A model generated the notes under the pieces. It did no database searches, was not told where the DNA came from, and worked only from the letters and a program-made list of their open reading frames with translations. Made by a program: the position numbers and the translations under genes. A stretch of DNA of 61,606 nucleotides, counting the filler. It is 4 parts of 4 records of this genome, joined end to end, with 100 filler letters (N's around TTAATTAATTAA, not from the genome) between each part and the next. Parts side by side here need not be neighbours in the genome. Positions count along the whole stretch, not along the records: positions 36,939 to 61,606 come from DRR723986_6954; 3 more parts are not named here. The stretch is one strand, 5' to 3'. Each line of letters starts with the position of its first letter. Position 1 is the first letter of the stretch. This document shows positions 37,939 to 47,706 of this stretch, one piece after another.

Positions 37939-40752
37939 ATGTCAAAATCTTATCGTTCACTACTTGCGCTCGGGGTTGCCTCCGCCGGGCTTATCCAGGC
38001 GGCTTCGGCCGACGTCATCACCGGTCAGGTCACTGACGCATCCGGCGAAGCACCTCTCCAGGGCGCCATCGTCACGATCGAGGAACTCGGCCGCACCGCC
38101 GCCTCCGACCGCTATGGCGACTACCGTTTCAACAATATTCCGGCCGGCGATTACACGCTGTCGGTTTCCTATATCGGCGCTGATGTTGTGACGTCCGATG
38201 TCTCGCTCGCTGGCGCCGCCACAGTGAACTTCACGGTTGGCAGCGATACCCGCTACATGGACAACGTGCTCGTGGTCGGCTCCACCGCCGCCCAGGCCGG
38301 CGCGATCAACCAGCAGCGTGCCTCCAACGCCATCATCTCCGTTGTGGACTCCGACGGCCTCGGCAACTTCCCCGACACAACGGTCGCCGACTCGCTCGGC
38401 CGCGTTCCGGGTCTCTCTATCGAGAACGACCAGGGCGAAGGCCGATACGTCTCGATCCGCGGCATCAACACCGACCTGATCGCCTCCTCCATCAACGGCG
38501 TGCGTACACCATCGCCGGAAGACCGCCGCGGTGTCCTGCTGGACGGCGTGCCATCGGATCTGCTGGACGGGATCGAAGTCCAGAAATCCCTGACCCCGGA
38601 TGTCGATGCCGACACGCTGGGCGGCGTGATCAACATGAAGACCATTTCGGCGTTCGACCGTGATGGCCAGTTCATCCGGGCGAAAGTGGAAGGCAGCTAC
38701 AACGAGATCACCGAGGAGATCTCGCCGAAAGCGACATTCACCTACACCAACACGTTCGGCGACAAGCTGGGCGTGGCCTTCTCGGCCAACTACCAGGACC
38801 TGCGCATCCAGTCTCACAACAACGAGACCGGCGGCTGGGGCGAAGTCGATGGCGCCGACTTCGAACAGCCGCAGGACGGCACCTATCTCGTGCCCAACGA
38901 TGACTATGAGATGCGCTGGTATGACCTTACCCGTGAGCGTATCGGTATTGTCCTGAACCTCGACTATCGCCTGAATGAATCCACGGACCTCTACCTGCGC
39001 ACCCTGTACAACCAGTACACCGATGACGAAGTCCGCAACAAGTTCGAGTTCCGCGAAATGGACGAAGAAGTCGTCTCCGTCTCCGGCACCTCAGTCGCCT
39101 ATCGCCGCGGCGAAGTCGACGCCGAAGTCCGCCAGCGCGAGGAAGTCCGCAACATCCAGACCTATGCGCTGGGCGGCGAGACCTTCACCGGCCCGTGGCA
39201 GTTCAATTACGAGCTTTCCTACGCCTTCGCCGAAGAGGACGACTCGAACAATCACGACGTCAACTTCCGCTCCGGCCCGGAGCAGCGCGACAGCGATGTC
39301 GGCTCGATCACCTTCGACTACAGCAGCCCGGAAAAGCCGGTCATTTCCGGCAACGCCCTCGCCTTCCTCTACGATCCGTCCAACTATACGATGGACGCGT
39401 TCGAGCGGGAATTCACCGACAACCAGGATACCGAATGGACGGGCAAGATCGACGTCGCCCGCGACTCGCTCATCGGCGACATCCCGGTCGTCTGGAAAGG
39501 CGGCCTAAAGCTGCGCGACCGTGAGAAGGTCCGCGACCAGAACCTGAACATCTACGAAGCCGACGACATCTTCCTGACGGACTACATCACCGCCAATGCA
39601 GAGGTTTCCGGCTGGCGCATGGCCAACCCGATGTACCAGTGGCCGGATGCCGACCTGACCAGGGCGCTGCGCACCACGCTGACGGATGCGGACCTCAATG
39701 AGGATGACACCAACCTCGAAAGCATCTCGGGCGACTACACGATCAACGAGCAGGTCATTGCCGCTTACGGCATGGGCACGTTCGAGGTCGGCATGGTGAC
39801 GGCTGTCATCGGTGCCCGTGTGGAACGCACGAAAGTGGACTCCTTTGGCTATATCTACGCTGAAGGCGATACGCCGGACAATGCCACCCGTCGCAACTTC
39901 TCGGACGAGTACACGCATGTCCTGCCGAGCGTGAACCTGAAATACACGCTGGCCGACAACCTGTACGCCCGCGCGGCCTATTATGCCGCCGTCGTGCGCC
40001 CCGGCTTCGGCGAGATGGCCCCGCGCGTCCTGTTCAACAACGACCGCGACCAGATCGAACTGGGCAACCCCGACCTTAAACCTTATGAGGCCGATAACTA
40101 CGACCTGTCGATCGAATACTACCCGACCCAGCTGTCCGTGATCTCGGCCGGCATCTTCTACAAGTCAATCGACAACGCCATCTTCCCGGCCACTTTCGAC
40201 ATCGAGGCCCTGCCGTCGAACATCAATCTCGACTTCCTGGATGCCGGCACGGTGGCTGGGCTGGCCGAAGTGTCGACCTATGTGAACGCCGGCAAGTCCA
40301 AGGTTCGCGGGATCGAGTTCAACTATGTGCAGGAACTGGGTTTCCTGGGCAAAGCCTTCGACGGCTTCCTTGCCTCGGCCAACGTGACACTGGTCGATTC
40401 CGAATCCCGGCTGCCGGATGGCCGCGAAGTGCCGCTGCTGAAGCAGAACGACACGGTGTGGAACGTTGCCCTCGGCTACGACAAGGGCCCGTGGGACCTG
40501 CGCGTGTCGGCGAACTATCGCGGCGACTATCTGGACGAACTGTTCGGCGAGAACATCGACCGCTACACCGACGGCCACCTGTCCGTCGAAGCTTCGGCCA
40601 AATACGAGCTCAACGACCACATCCAGGTCTATCTCGAAGGCAAGAACCTGACCGACGAACCGGAATACTATTACCACGGCAACAAAAGCCGCCTGTCGCA
40701 GTATGACGAGTTCGGCTGGTCCGGCGTGTTCGGCGTGCGGCTGACATACTAA
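37939..40752 (+). CDS. TonB-dependent receptor with N-terminal carboxypeptidase-regulatory-like domain (phytase-associated)
   Basis: Signal peptide, ITGQVTDASG..PLQGAIV, plug region PDTTVADSLGRVPG..DQGEGRYVSIRG, C-terminal GVRLTY. Confidence 0.93.
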   Translation: MSKSYRSLLALGVASAGLIQAASADVITGQVTDASGEAPLQGAIVTIEELGRTAASDRYGDYRFNNIPAGDYTLSVSYIGADVVTSDVSLAGAATVNFTVGSDTRYMDNVLVVGSTAAQAGAINQQRASNAIISVVDSDGLGNFPDTTVADSLGRVPGLSIENDQGEGRYVSIRGINTDLIASSINGVRTPSPEDRRGVLLDGVPSDLLDGIEVQKSLTPDVDADTLGGVINMKTISAFDRDGQFIRAKVEGSYNEITEEISPKATFTYTNTFGDKLGVAFSANYQDLRIQSHNNETGGWGEVDGADFEQPQDGTYLVPNDDYEMRWYDLTRERIGIVLNLDYRLNESTDLYLRTLYNQYTDDEVRNKFEFREMDEEVVSVSGTSVAYRRGEVDAEVRQREEVRNIQTYALGGETFTGPWQFNYELSYAFAEEDDSNNHDVNFRSGPEQRDSDVGSITFDYSSPEKPVISGNALAFLYDPSNYTMDAFEREFTDNQDTEWTGKIDVARDSLIGDIPVVWKGGLKLRDREKVRDQNLNIYEADDIFLTDYITANAEVSGWRMANPMYQWPDADLTRALRTTLTDADLNEDDTNLESISGDYTINEQVIAAYGMGTFEVGMVTAVIGARVERTKVDSFGYIYAEGDTPDNATRRNFSDEYTHVLPSVNLKYTLADNLYARAAYYAAVVRPGFGEMAPRVLFNNDRDQIELGNPDLKPYEADNYDLSIEYYPTQLSVISAGIFYKSIDNAIFPATFDIEALPSNINLDFLDAGTVAGLAEVSTYVNAGKSKVRGIEFNYVQELGFLGKAFDGFLASANVTLVDSESRLPDGREVPLLKQNDTVWNVALGYDKGPWDLRVSANYRGDYLDELFGENIDRYTDGHLSVEASAKYELNDHIQVYLEGKNLTDEPEYYYHGNKSRLSQYDEFGWSGVFGVRLTY

Positions 40753-40839
40753 TCAGCCTACGCTAGTAGTCAGACTCCAGGGGGCCGGGATTCGTCATGC
40801 GGATTCCGGCCCGATCACACAAGATCAGGACATTTTGCA

Positions 40840-41862
40840 ATGAAATCCACCTACTGGCTCGCAGCCCTCGTGCCGCTCGCAGCCTGCGCCACCACCCCGC
40901 CGGCCTATACGGGCGAGATCGCCACCGTCGTGGCCATGAACGAAACCGCCCCGATGAATGGCGAAGGCGACCTTGCTGACGACCCGGCCATCTGGGTCAA
41001 CACGGCCGATCCGGCCAGTTCGCTGATCCTCGGCACCAACAAGGATGAAGGCGTTTATGTCTATGCGCTGGACGGCGGCGAGCTCCAGGAGCTGCCCGTT
41101 GGCCAGGTCAACAATGTCGACCTGCGCGGCAATATCGCCATCGCATCCAATGACTCCCACAATGTGATTTCGTGGTTCGACATAAATCCTCAAACCCTGA
41201 CCGTGTCCCACATCGGCAACTCGCCAACCGGCAAGGACGAGCCCTACGGCATCTGCGCCGGTCTCTCGGGTGAAACCTACAATGCAGCCGTTACGTACAA
41301 GGATGGCACCATCCAGATCTGGTCCGCCACATGGGAGACCGTTGATACGCTCAGCCCGTCACTGGACCGTGTGGTGAAACTGCCTTCGAAACTGGAGGGC
41401 TGCGTGTTCGACGATGCGAATGACCGCCTGTTCGTTGGCGAGGAAGCTTTCGGCGTGTGGGTGGTGGACCTCAAGGACGAGACCGCGGAACCGGCTGTCG
41501 TGGATACGATCGCGGCGGCCAATGGCCTCGTCGAAGACGTCGAAGGCATGAGCCTCTGGCTCGGCGACGATGCCGACTCCGGCTATCTCGTCGTGTCCGC
41601 GCAGGCCGCTGACCGGTATGTCGTCTACGACCGCGCCCCGCCCTTTGCCTGGCGCGGCGTCTTCACGATAGCGGACAATGAAGCGACCGGCATTGGCGGT
41701 GTGAGCCATACGGACGGGCTCGACATCTCCTCGGCTCCGCTACCAGGCCTGCCGGGCGGTCTGCTGGTTGTCCAGGACGATGCCAATCCGGTTTCCGAAT
41801 TCAATCAGAACTTCAAGATGGTTGACTGGACCGCCATCTCCGAGGCGCTCGATCTGAACTGA
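40840..41862 (+). CDS. Beta-propeller phytase, lipoprotein
   Basis: Lipobox LAAC; ADDPAIW, NNVDLR, EPYGIC, LEGCVFDD, DVEGM, TDGLD, QNFK. Confidence 0.92.
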   Translation: MKSTYWLAALVPLAACATTPPAYTGEIATVVAMNETAPMNGEGDLADDPAIWVNTADPASSLILGTNKDEGVYVYALDGGELQELPVGQVNNVDLRGNIAIASNDSHNVISWFDINPQTLTVSHIGNSPTGKDEPYGICAGLSGETYNAAVTYKDGTIQIWSATWETVDTLSPSLDRVVKLPSKLEGCVFDDANDRLFVGEEAFGVWVVDLKDETAEPAVVDTIAAANGLVEDVEGMSLWLGDDADSGYLVVSAQAADRYVVYDRAPPFAWRGVFTIADNEATGIGGVSHTDGLDISSAPLPGLPGGLLVVQDDANPVSEFNQNFKMVDWTAISEALDLN

Positions 41863-42513
41863 TCAATAGTGCACCAGGACCCAGACGCTGGCACTGTAGA
41901 TCAGGGCCAGCGTCCCGATCCTCACCACCGCTGAAATGATGTACGGGCGGATATCGTCCCATGTCGTTTCCCGGGCGATATCGGCCACGGCGGTGGCCAC
42001 GTCATGATGCATCTGGCTGCGGTCTTCACCTGCGAGCATCAGCATGATTGCGCCTGTGCGCGTCTGTTTCTGGTTCCCCGCCTCTACAAGCACTTCCTCG
42101 AAGACACGGGCAGCGATGGTCTCGGTCAGCGCCCGTTTGGGGTGCCATCCATGGCGGTGCAGCTCTGTCAGCGTCAGCCGGATCGCGGGATAATTGATCC
42201 ACAGGTCGCGGATCATGAACACCGCCAGCGTGATCACAGTGAGGGTTGCGAATATCGGCCGGGGCATGCCCGCAAAATGGTGCAAGCCCCAAAGCCAGCA
42301 CAGGATCGCCAGCTTGATCCCTGTGGCGATGGCAAACGTGCGGAAGCTGCGGGTGACAAACAACATCGTATCGGCCCGGATACGATGACGGGCTTCCTGA
42401 ACAGCAGACTCAATTGCCTTGCTCTTCCGGCCGCTGATCTCCTTGCCCAGCAGCTTGCGTCCGGCAACAAGGCCGGCACCAAGAGCTGACAGGATCATGA
42501 GCGGAACACGCAT
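41863..42513 (-). CDS. Hypothetical membrane protein
   Basis: 216-aa ORF with several hydrophobic segments, third gene of the DUF883 run. Confidence 0.7.
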   Translation of the reverse strand: MRVPLMILSALGAGLVAGRKLLGKEISGRKSKAIESAVQEARHRIRADTMLFVTRSFRTFAIATGIKLAILCWLWGLHHFAGMPRPIFATLTVITLAVFMIRDLWINYPAIRLTLTELHRHGWHPKRALTETIAARVFEEVLVEAGNQKQTRTGAIMLMLAGEDRSQMHHDVATAVADIARETTWDDIRPYIISAVVRIGTLALIYSASVWVLVHY

Positions 42514-42585
42514 GTCACTTATTTAGGGTGCGTCGGGGCGAATGTCTCGCCCGCACCTCATGGCGGAGGCTCTGTGGCGTCCGCG

Positions 42586-42990
42586 CTACAGCATCGACAT
42601 GAGAAACCGTTCGGCGTGGCGCTGGGCGGTCTGCGGATGGCGAACCAACGAATAGCCGGCCACCATGGCAAGCGCGGTTGTCGTCAATGGACGGCGCTCA
42701 ACAAAACTGCGCAACGCATCGATCGGCAAGTCAGCCAGCGCATCGGCGGTCGCATCTTCGACCTCCCCCACTTCTTCTTCCATGGACCGGAATGGCTGAA
42801 GGCAGAAAAACAGGCAGATCGCTGCCAGAAGCAGACCAATGCCGGCCACGGTGAACGCCGCGGCAGCAAGTCCCATCACCTCGGCGAGCGCAATCGTGAT
42901 GCCGACGAACAGCGCCAGCACGCCGCCGAGTCCGAACAGGACTCCGACGGCGGCCGCAAAGAGGCGAAGTTTCGTTTCGTCGATCATCAC
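42586..42990 (-). CDS. YqjE-like (holin superfamily III-like) membrane protein
   Basis: Two TM helices then a RRPLTTTALAMVAGY tail; overlaps the DUF883 stop. Confidence 0.7.
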   Translation of the reverse strand: MMIDETKLRLFAAAVGVLFGLGGVLALFVGITIALAEVMGLAAAAFTVAGIGLLLAAICLFFCLQPFRSMEEEVGEVEDATADALADLPIDALRSFVERRPLTTTALAMVAGYSLVRHPQTAQRHAERFLMSML

Positions 42991-43298
42991 TTCCGGCCCA
43001 GCAGGGCGATCAGCAGGCCGGCACCGAACGCGACACCGACGGCCGTCATGGGCTTCTCGCGAATTTGGGACTGCAAGTCAGCCCGGACCGACTTCAGGCG
43101 ATCTTCTGCATCGTGAGCCAGTTCCTTGCCCTTCTCGACACTGTCCCCGGCCTTTGATGCTGCAAGTCCTTTGATGCTACCGAAGGCCGACTGCAGATCC
43201 TTGCGCAGGGTCGCCATGTCTTCCTTCAGTTGGTGCAGGTCATCCTTGAAGTCTTCGTCATTGGCAATGTCATGGTTTTCTTTCACGATAGTGGTCAT
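42987..43298 (-). CDS. DUF883 / ElaB-YqjD family tail-anchored protein
   Basis: DLHQLKEDMATLRKDL...IREKPMTAVGVAFGAGLLIALLGRK; AAAGGA RBS before ATG 43298. Confidence 0.88.
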   Translation of the reverse strand: MTTIVKENHDIANDEDFKDDLHQLKEDMATLRKDLQSAFGSIKGLAASKAGDSVEKGKELAHDAEDRLKSVRADLQSQIREKPMTAVGVAFGAGLLIALLGRK

Positions 43299-43329
43299 GG
43301 ATTGGTCCTTTCCGTGTCTCGTAGAAAAC

Positions 43330-43354
43330 AACGGCCAGATGCGTGCTCGGTTCC
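43330..43354 (-). promoter_or_regulatory. EcfG (SigT)-dependent promoter of the DUF883 operon
   Basis: Perfect GGAAC-N16-CGTT on the minus strand. Confidence 0.85.
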
Positions 43355-43408
43355 ATGGCATGGCGGGAAATGAACTCATCCGGACACGGAACCGTGATCA
43401 TCCCGTCA

Positions 43409-43433
43409 GGAACTGGTTCTCAATCCACACGTT
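43409..43433 (+). promoter_or_regulatory. EcfG-dependent promoter of the 46-aa small ORF
   Basis: Perfect GGAAC-N16-CGTT. Confidence 0.85.
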
Positions 43434-43455
43434 GTTGCGGTGAAAGGAGGCAATC

Positions 43456-43596
43456 ATGCAAACGCAACAAGAAACAGACCTTACACCGAACGAAGCCCGT
43501 CAAGGCGAACGTGTCGGCTTGGTATGGGTGCTCGCCGCTGGTACACTCGTCGCGATCATGGGCATCGGGGCGGTGATGCTGGTTCAGGCAGTCTGA
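43456..43596 (+). CDS. Small single-TM protein (46 aa), absent from the ORF track
   Basis: AAAGGAGG RBS; MQTQQETDLTPNEARQGERVGLVWVLAAGTLVAIMGIGAVMLVQAV*; promoter upstream and terminator downstream. Confidence 0.8.
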   Translation: MQTQQETDLTPNEARQGERVGLVWVLAAGTLVAIMGIGAVMLVQAV

Positions 43597-43616
43597 TCCG
43601 GATACGTCACAAACGG

Positions 43617-43646
43617 AAAATGCCCTCCCTGGCGGGAGGGCATATT
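43617..43646. terminator. Bidirectional terminator between the small ORF and phyR
   Basis: aaaatgccctccc-tggc-gggagggcatatt. Confidence 0.75.
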
Positions 43647-43670
43647 GTATTCTCTGACAATCAATCTGTG

Positions 43671-44453
43671 TCAGGCGGTCTCGCGCGCCGGATGGAAGAA
43701 CAGGGCCTGGCCGATGGCTGCCTTCACCGTGTTCTCCTGGAACGGTTTGGGGATCAGGAATGTCGGCTCCGGACGGTCTCCCGTCAGCAAGCGCTCCGGG
43801 AAGGCGGTAATAAAGATGATCGGCACGTCCATTTCCTTCAGGATATCATTCGCCGCGTCGATCCCGGAGGATCCGTCGGCTAGCTGGATATCGCAAAGGA
43901 CGAGGCCTGGCGGGTCAGCCTTCACCATCGACATGGCTTCTGTGTAGGTGGTGGCGTTACCGGTGACCTGATGCCCCAGTTCCTCGACAAGGCTCTCGAG
44001 ATCAGCCGCAATAATCGGCTCGTCTTCGATCACCAGCACTTTTGTGGACAGTTCAGCCTCGATTTCCGCAATTGCAGCGCGTTCCATTTCGGCCTGCTCA
44101 CCTTCGCTGATCCCGAGGATATGAGCGGCTTCGGTGCGCGAAAATCCCTCCAGCGCCGTCAACAGAAATGCCTGTCGCTGGATGGGCGCCAGTTTCTGAA
44201 GGCGTTCGGTCGCCACATCGTCGCCTTGCGGCCCGTCTTCCAGCTGGGCGCCAGTCGTGCCCCAGACAACATGAAAAAAGCGGTAAAGCGCGACCCGGGG
44301 GTCGCCTTCCGCGTCAATTTTATCCGGAGAGGCAACCAGCGCCTCAAGCGAGGCGCGAATATAGGCGTCTCCACTCTCCTGGGCGCCTGTAAGCGCCCGG
44401 GCGTAGCGTCGCAAATAAGGCAGGTGCGGCGCCAGATTCTTCACAAGATTCAT
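43671..44453 (-). CDS. phyR: Anti-anti-sigma response regulator PhyR
   Basis: Sigma-like N-terminus LPYLRRYARALTG; C-terminal receiver EDEPIIA, DIQLADGSSGID, ITAFPERLLTG.RPEP.FLI.KPF. Confidence 0.96.
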   Translation of the reverse strand: MNLVKNLAPHLPYLRRYARALTGAQESGDAYIRASLEALVASPDKIDAEGDPRVALYRFFHVVWGTTGAQLEDGPQGDDVATERLQKLAPIQRQAFLLTALEGFSRTEAAHILGISEGEQAEMERAAIAEIEAELSTKVLVIEDEPIIAADLESLVEELGHQVTGNATTYTEAMSMVKADPPGLVLCDIQLADGSSGIDAANDILKEMDVPIIFITAFPERLLTGDRPEPTFLIPKPFQENTVKAAIGQALFFHPARETA

Positions 44454-44482
44454 GGGAAAAACTCCATCAACACTGCGTTAAC

Positions 44483-44507
44483 AACCCACTGGCCGCGATT
44501 TGGTTGC
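44483..44507 (-). promoter_or_regulatory. Degenerate EcfG promoter of phyR
   Basis: GCAAC-N16-GGTT. Confidence 0.5.
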
Positions 44508-44622
44508 ATGCAAAATCAATTTTTTTGCGGTTTACGCGGAACCTTTGGTGAATTCAGGATTTATATTGCCAGATTAGCGCCTCGATCGCGCACCGAACCG
44601 AACTGTTTAGGGCACAATTAAA

Positions 44623-44814
44623 ATGGACGACAAAAAAACCGACGGCCGCAGGGTGGCCGATACGGAACGAAAGCGTCGCGGTGACCGCCTGGGAGAACAG
44701 CTTCGCCGTCTTTATGACGACGTCACCCAGGAGAATGTTCCCGACGATTTCATGCGGCTGCTCGAAGAAGCCGACCGCAATCGTTCCTCCGACACCCAAA
44801 ACAAGTCTTCGTAG
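44623..44814 (+). CDS. nepR: Anti-sigma factor NepR
   Basis: LGEQLRRLYDDVTQENVPDDFMRLL; divergent from phyR, upstream of ecfG. Confidence 0.92.
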   Translation: MDDKKTDGRRVADTERKRRGDRLGEQLRRLYDDVTQENVPDDFMRLLEEADRNRSSDTQNKSS

Positions 44815-44822
44815 GTGAATGC

Positions 44823-45425
44823 ATGAGCGAACCCACGGAACGACTTGATAACGCGACGTTCAAAAAGGAACTCGCTGAGCTGATCCCGCACCTGCGTGCG
44901 TTTGCGCGCAGCCTGTGTGGAGATGCGACCCTGGCCGATGACCTTGCACAGGATGCGATGCTGAAGGCGTGGCACGCCCGCCAGAGCTTTCAGGCCGGCA
45001 CGAACATGAAGGCATGGGCCTTCACCATCCTGCGAAACATTTTCTACTCCGAGAAACGCCGTTCATGGCGCCGGTCTTCCCTGGACCCGGAAGTGGCAGA
45101 AGCCACACTCGTCTCACCGGCCAACGCCGGGGACGACCTTGACCTGCTGGCCATGCGCAATGCGCTGAACATGCTGCCGGACGACCAGCGCGAAGCGCTG
45201 ATCCTCGTCGGCGCAGGCGGACTGGCCTATGACGAGGCGGCCGAAATTTGTGGCTGCGCCGTCGGGACGATCAAGAGCCGCGTCTCGCGAGCCCGCAAGG
45301 CGGTTGCGGACCTATTGGAAAATAACGAAACAGGGTTCAGTAGCGACGACGACATCAGTGCCGGGGAGGCGTTCGACGACATCATGAACCAGGCAGCGGT
45401 TATTGCAGCCGCCAACGACACCTGA
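44823..45425 (+). CDS. ecfG: General stress response ECF sigma factor EcfG/SigT
   Basis: IPHLRAFARSLCG, FQAGTNMKAWAFTILRN, QREALILVGAGG.AYDEAAEICGCAVGTIKSRVSRAR. Confidence 0.95.
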   Translation: MSEPTERLDNATFKKELAELIPHLRAFARSLCGDATLADDLAQDAMLKAWHARQSFQAGTNMKAWAFTILRNIFYSEKRRSWRRSSLDPEVAEATLVSPANAGDDLDLLAMRNALNMLPDDQREALILVGAGGLAYDEAAEICGCAVGTIKSRVSRARKAVADLLENNETGFSSDDDISAGEAFDDIMNQAAVIAAANDT

Positions 45426-45431
45426 ACCTGA

Positions 45432-47114
45432 GTGCCTGACAGGGCGGCCTCATCCAGCTTGCGGCGTCGCCTTGTGGCAACGCTTGCAATCGCTTTGACG
45501 CCGGTTCTGCTGCTTGGCGCGGCCAGCGCCTACATGGATGCACGGGAGGCTCTGCAAACGCGGAGCAATGAGCTGCTGCTGATTGCCGGTGCCTCAGTGG
45601 ATGGCGTCGATCAGGCCATCGATGAAGCAGAATTGCTTCTCGGCCTGTTCAAGGACGAAATCGGCACCAGTCATTGCAACGAAGTCTACGAAAAACTGCT
45701 GCCCAGCATTCCGGCCCTGGCCAGCGTGATCCGCTTCGACGCGGACGGTGTGGCGCTGTGCGCCAATACGCGCGAACCGGGCTTTGCCATGTCCAATCTG
45801 GACTGGAACCAGCAGCTGAAGCACGAAGTTCCGACAATCCGTACCGACGCGTTTTTCGGGCAAGCCTCCGACGACTGGGTCTTCGCGATCTTCACCCGGG
45901 TGAGCAAGCCCGATGGCACGTTTGACGGCTCGGTCGCTCTGGGACTTCGATCGCGCTCTTTGGCCAATTTTGCTCGCGCCAGTGTTCTGAGAGACGGCGT
46001 CGAAGTCGCCATCGCTGATGTCGATGGCCGCGTATTCGGATCGGATCATTTCTCACAAATCGACGCCAGCTGGATGGCCCAGGCTGCCGAAGCCCGTGCG
46101 GCGAAGATGTTCGTCCTCCGGCGCAAGAATGCGCCGCCTATGGATATGGTAATACAGCCAATAGGCCCCGCAAATGTGTTCGCCGTCATCTCACGTGAGT
46201 CTCCCGGCTTTTGGAGCGAGTTCACGCTTCAGCCTGTTTCATCGTTCGGCTTGCCGTTGCTCGCCTTTTCCATCGCCCTGCTCGCGGTCTGGCTCGCGAT
46301 CGACAGCCTCGTGCTTCGCTGGGTCTCCCGCCTTATCAGGATTGCGCGCGTCTACGGCGCAGGCCGATATGCCTTCAGCGCAGGCGATGCGATGGCATCC
46401 GCACCGGCAGAGATCGCAGAACTTGCCGACGCAATGGAAGATATGGCCACAGACATCGATCAACGGGACAGCGACCTGAAGGCTGCAATCGAAGTGCGCG
46501 ATGCCGCCGTGAAGGAGATTCACCACCGCGTGAAGAACAATCTCCAGATCGTCACAAGCTTTCTGAATTTGCAGGGGCGTCAATTGCAAGACGCAGAAGC
46601 GCGCCAGGCGATTGCCGCCGCGCGGCACCGGATTGATGCCCTGGCAATTGTCCACCAAACCCTTTACCAGCATGAGCGCCTGGAACTCGTCAGCATGCAG
46701 CCGTTCCTGAAAGGGCTGATTGACCATCTGGCGGAAGCCTTAGGGATGGAAACGCGGAACATCAGGATTTGGCAATCCTATGAGGACATCGAGCGCCCGG
46801 CCGACGATGCCATTCCTGTCGCGCTCTTCCTGGTCGAGGCTGTCACAAACGCCACCAAGTATGCGTTTGACGACGAAAATGGCGGCGAAGTAACGATCAG
46901 CCTCACACATGATGAGGATGGCAACACCACCCTGAAAGTCGCTGATGACGGGATTGGCTTCGACTCCACAGGTGACGTCCGGAAGGGTCTGGGCTCAAAG
47001 CTCATGACCGCCTTTTCCCGTCAATTGCGTGCGGAACTGTCGATCGACAGCATCCCCGGCAAAGGCACCGTCATTTCGCTATATATGCCGGACATGAACA
47101 AGGCCCCGACCTGA
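45432..47114 (+). CDS. Membrane sensor histidine kinase, HisKA_2/HRxxN type (PhyK-like)
   Basis: Two TM helices, periplasmic domain, HAMP, EIHHRVKNNLQIV, EAVTNA.KYAF, DDGIG, GLGSKL. Confidence 0.9.
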   Translation: MPDRAASSSLRRRLVATLAIALTPVLLLGAASAYMDAREALQTRSNELLLIAGASVDGVDQAIDEAELLLGLFKDEIGTSHCNEVYEKLLPSIPALASVIRFDADGVALCANTREPGFAMSNLDWNQQLKHEVPTIRTDAFFGQASDDWVFAIFTRVSKPDGTFDGSVALGLRSRSLANFARASVLRDGVEVAIADVDGRVFGSDHFSQIDASWMAQAAEARAAKMFVLRRKNAPPMDMVIQPIGPANVFAVISRESPGFWSEFTLQPVSSFGLPLLAFSIALLAVWLAIDSLVLRWVSRLIRIARVYGAGRYAFSAGDAMASAPAEIAELADAMEDMATDIDQRDSDLKAAIEVRDAAVKEIHHRVKNNLQIVTSFLNLQGRQLQDAEARQAIAAARHRIDALAIVHQTLYQHERLELVSMQPFLKGLIDHLAEALGMETRNIRIWQSYEDIERPADDAIPVALFLVEAVTNATKYAFDDENGGEVTISLTHDEDGNTTLKVADDGIGFDSTGDVRKGLGSKLMTAFSRQLRAELSIDSIPGKGTVISLYMPDMNKAPT

Positions 47115-47155
47115 GGAGGGCGGGGCCTGTTTCGATCCGTGGTCCGGACTCTCGC

Positions 47156-47665
47156 TTATTTCTCGGTAGCCAGGGATTTCAGCATCCAAACGGCCTGCTC
47201 GTGCCAGGACATTCGTTCCGTCAACATGTCTGCCGTGACATAGTCGTTCTTCTCTTCGCACCACTCCGTTGCAGCACGCAGATTGAGAACGGCTGTTTCT
47301 TGGTCAGCGATCAGCATCGTGAGCATCTGTCCCACCGAACGTTCTTCATCCTTGTCGTTGATCGACGACAGCTCGCCATACTTGGTGTAGCTCGCCGGCG
47401 CCTTGTGGCCGAGGGCACGGATACGTTCCGCCAGTTCGTCGATGGCTTCATACATATTCTCGTACTGCTCTTCCGTCAGCTTGTGCACGCCCATGAAAGT
47501 CGGGCCGGTAACGTTCCAGTGCACGCCCTGGGTCTTGATGAACAGCATGTAGGTGTCAGCCAGAACGATGCCGAGCGCGTCGGCAATCTTCCTTCGGTCG
47601 TCCTCGGAAATACCGTTCCGGGTGGTGAAGTCGGGTTTCTTGATGTCGAGGGCCTCAATGGCCAT
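47156..47665 (-). CDS. dps: Dps family DNA-protection protein
   Basis: LADTYMLFIKTQGVHWNVTGP.F..VH...EEQY....AIDELAERI. Confidence 0.94.
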   Translation of the reverse strand: MAIEALDIKKPDFTTRNGISEDDRRKIADALGIVLADTYMLFIKTQGVHWNVTGPTFMGVHKLTEEQYENMYEAIDELAERIRALGHKAPASYTKYGELSSINDKDEERSVGQMLTMLIADQETAVLNLRAATEWCEEKNDYVTADMLTERMSWHEQAVWMLKSLATEK

Positions 47666-47706
47666 GATAATCTCCTTTCGTGTCCCTGATGAACTCCTGC
47701 CGGATC

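Noticed and set aside
35163..41862. PhoD plus phytase plus TonB receptor as one phosphorus island
   Set aside because: Separated by an artificial linker and apparently from different organisms.
42586..42990. Prophage holin
   Set aside because: No phage genes nearby; the context is the chromosomal DUF883/YqjE-type stress operon.
43440..43883. 147-aa ORF from the ORF track
   Set aside because: It overlaps phyR antisense and crosses a terminator. The RBS and promoter support the 46-aa ORF in another frame instead.
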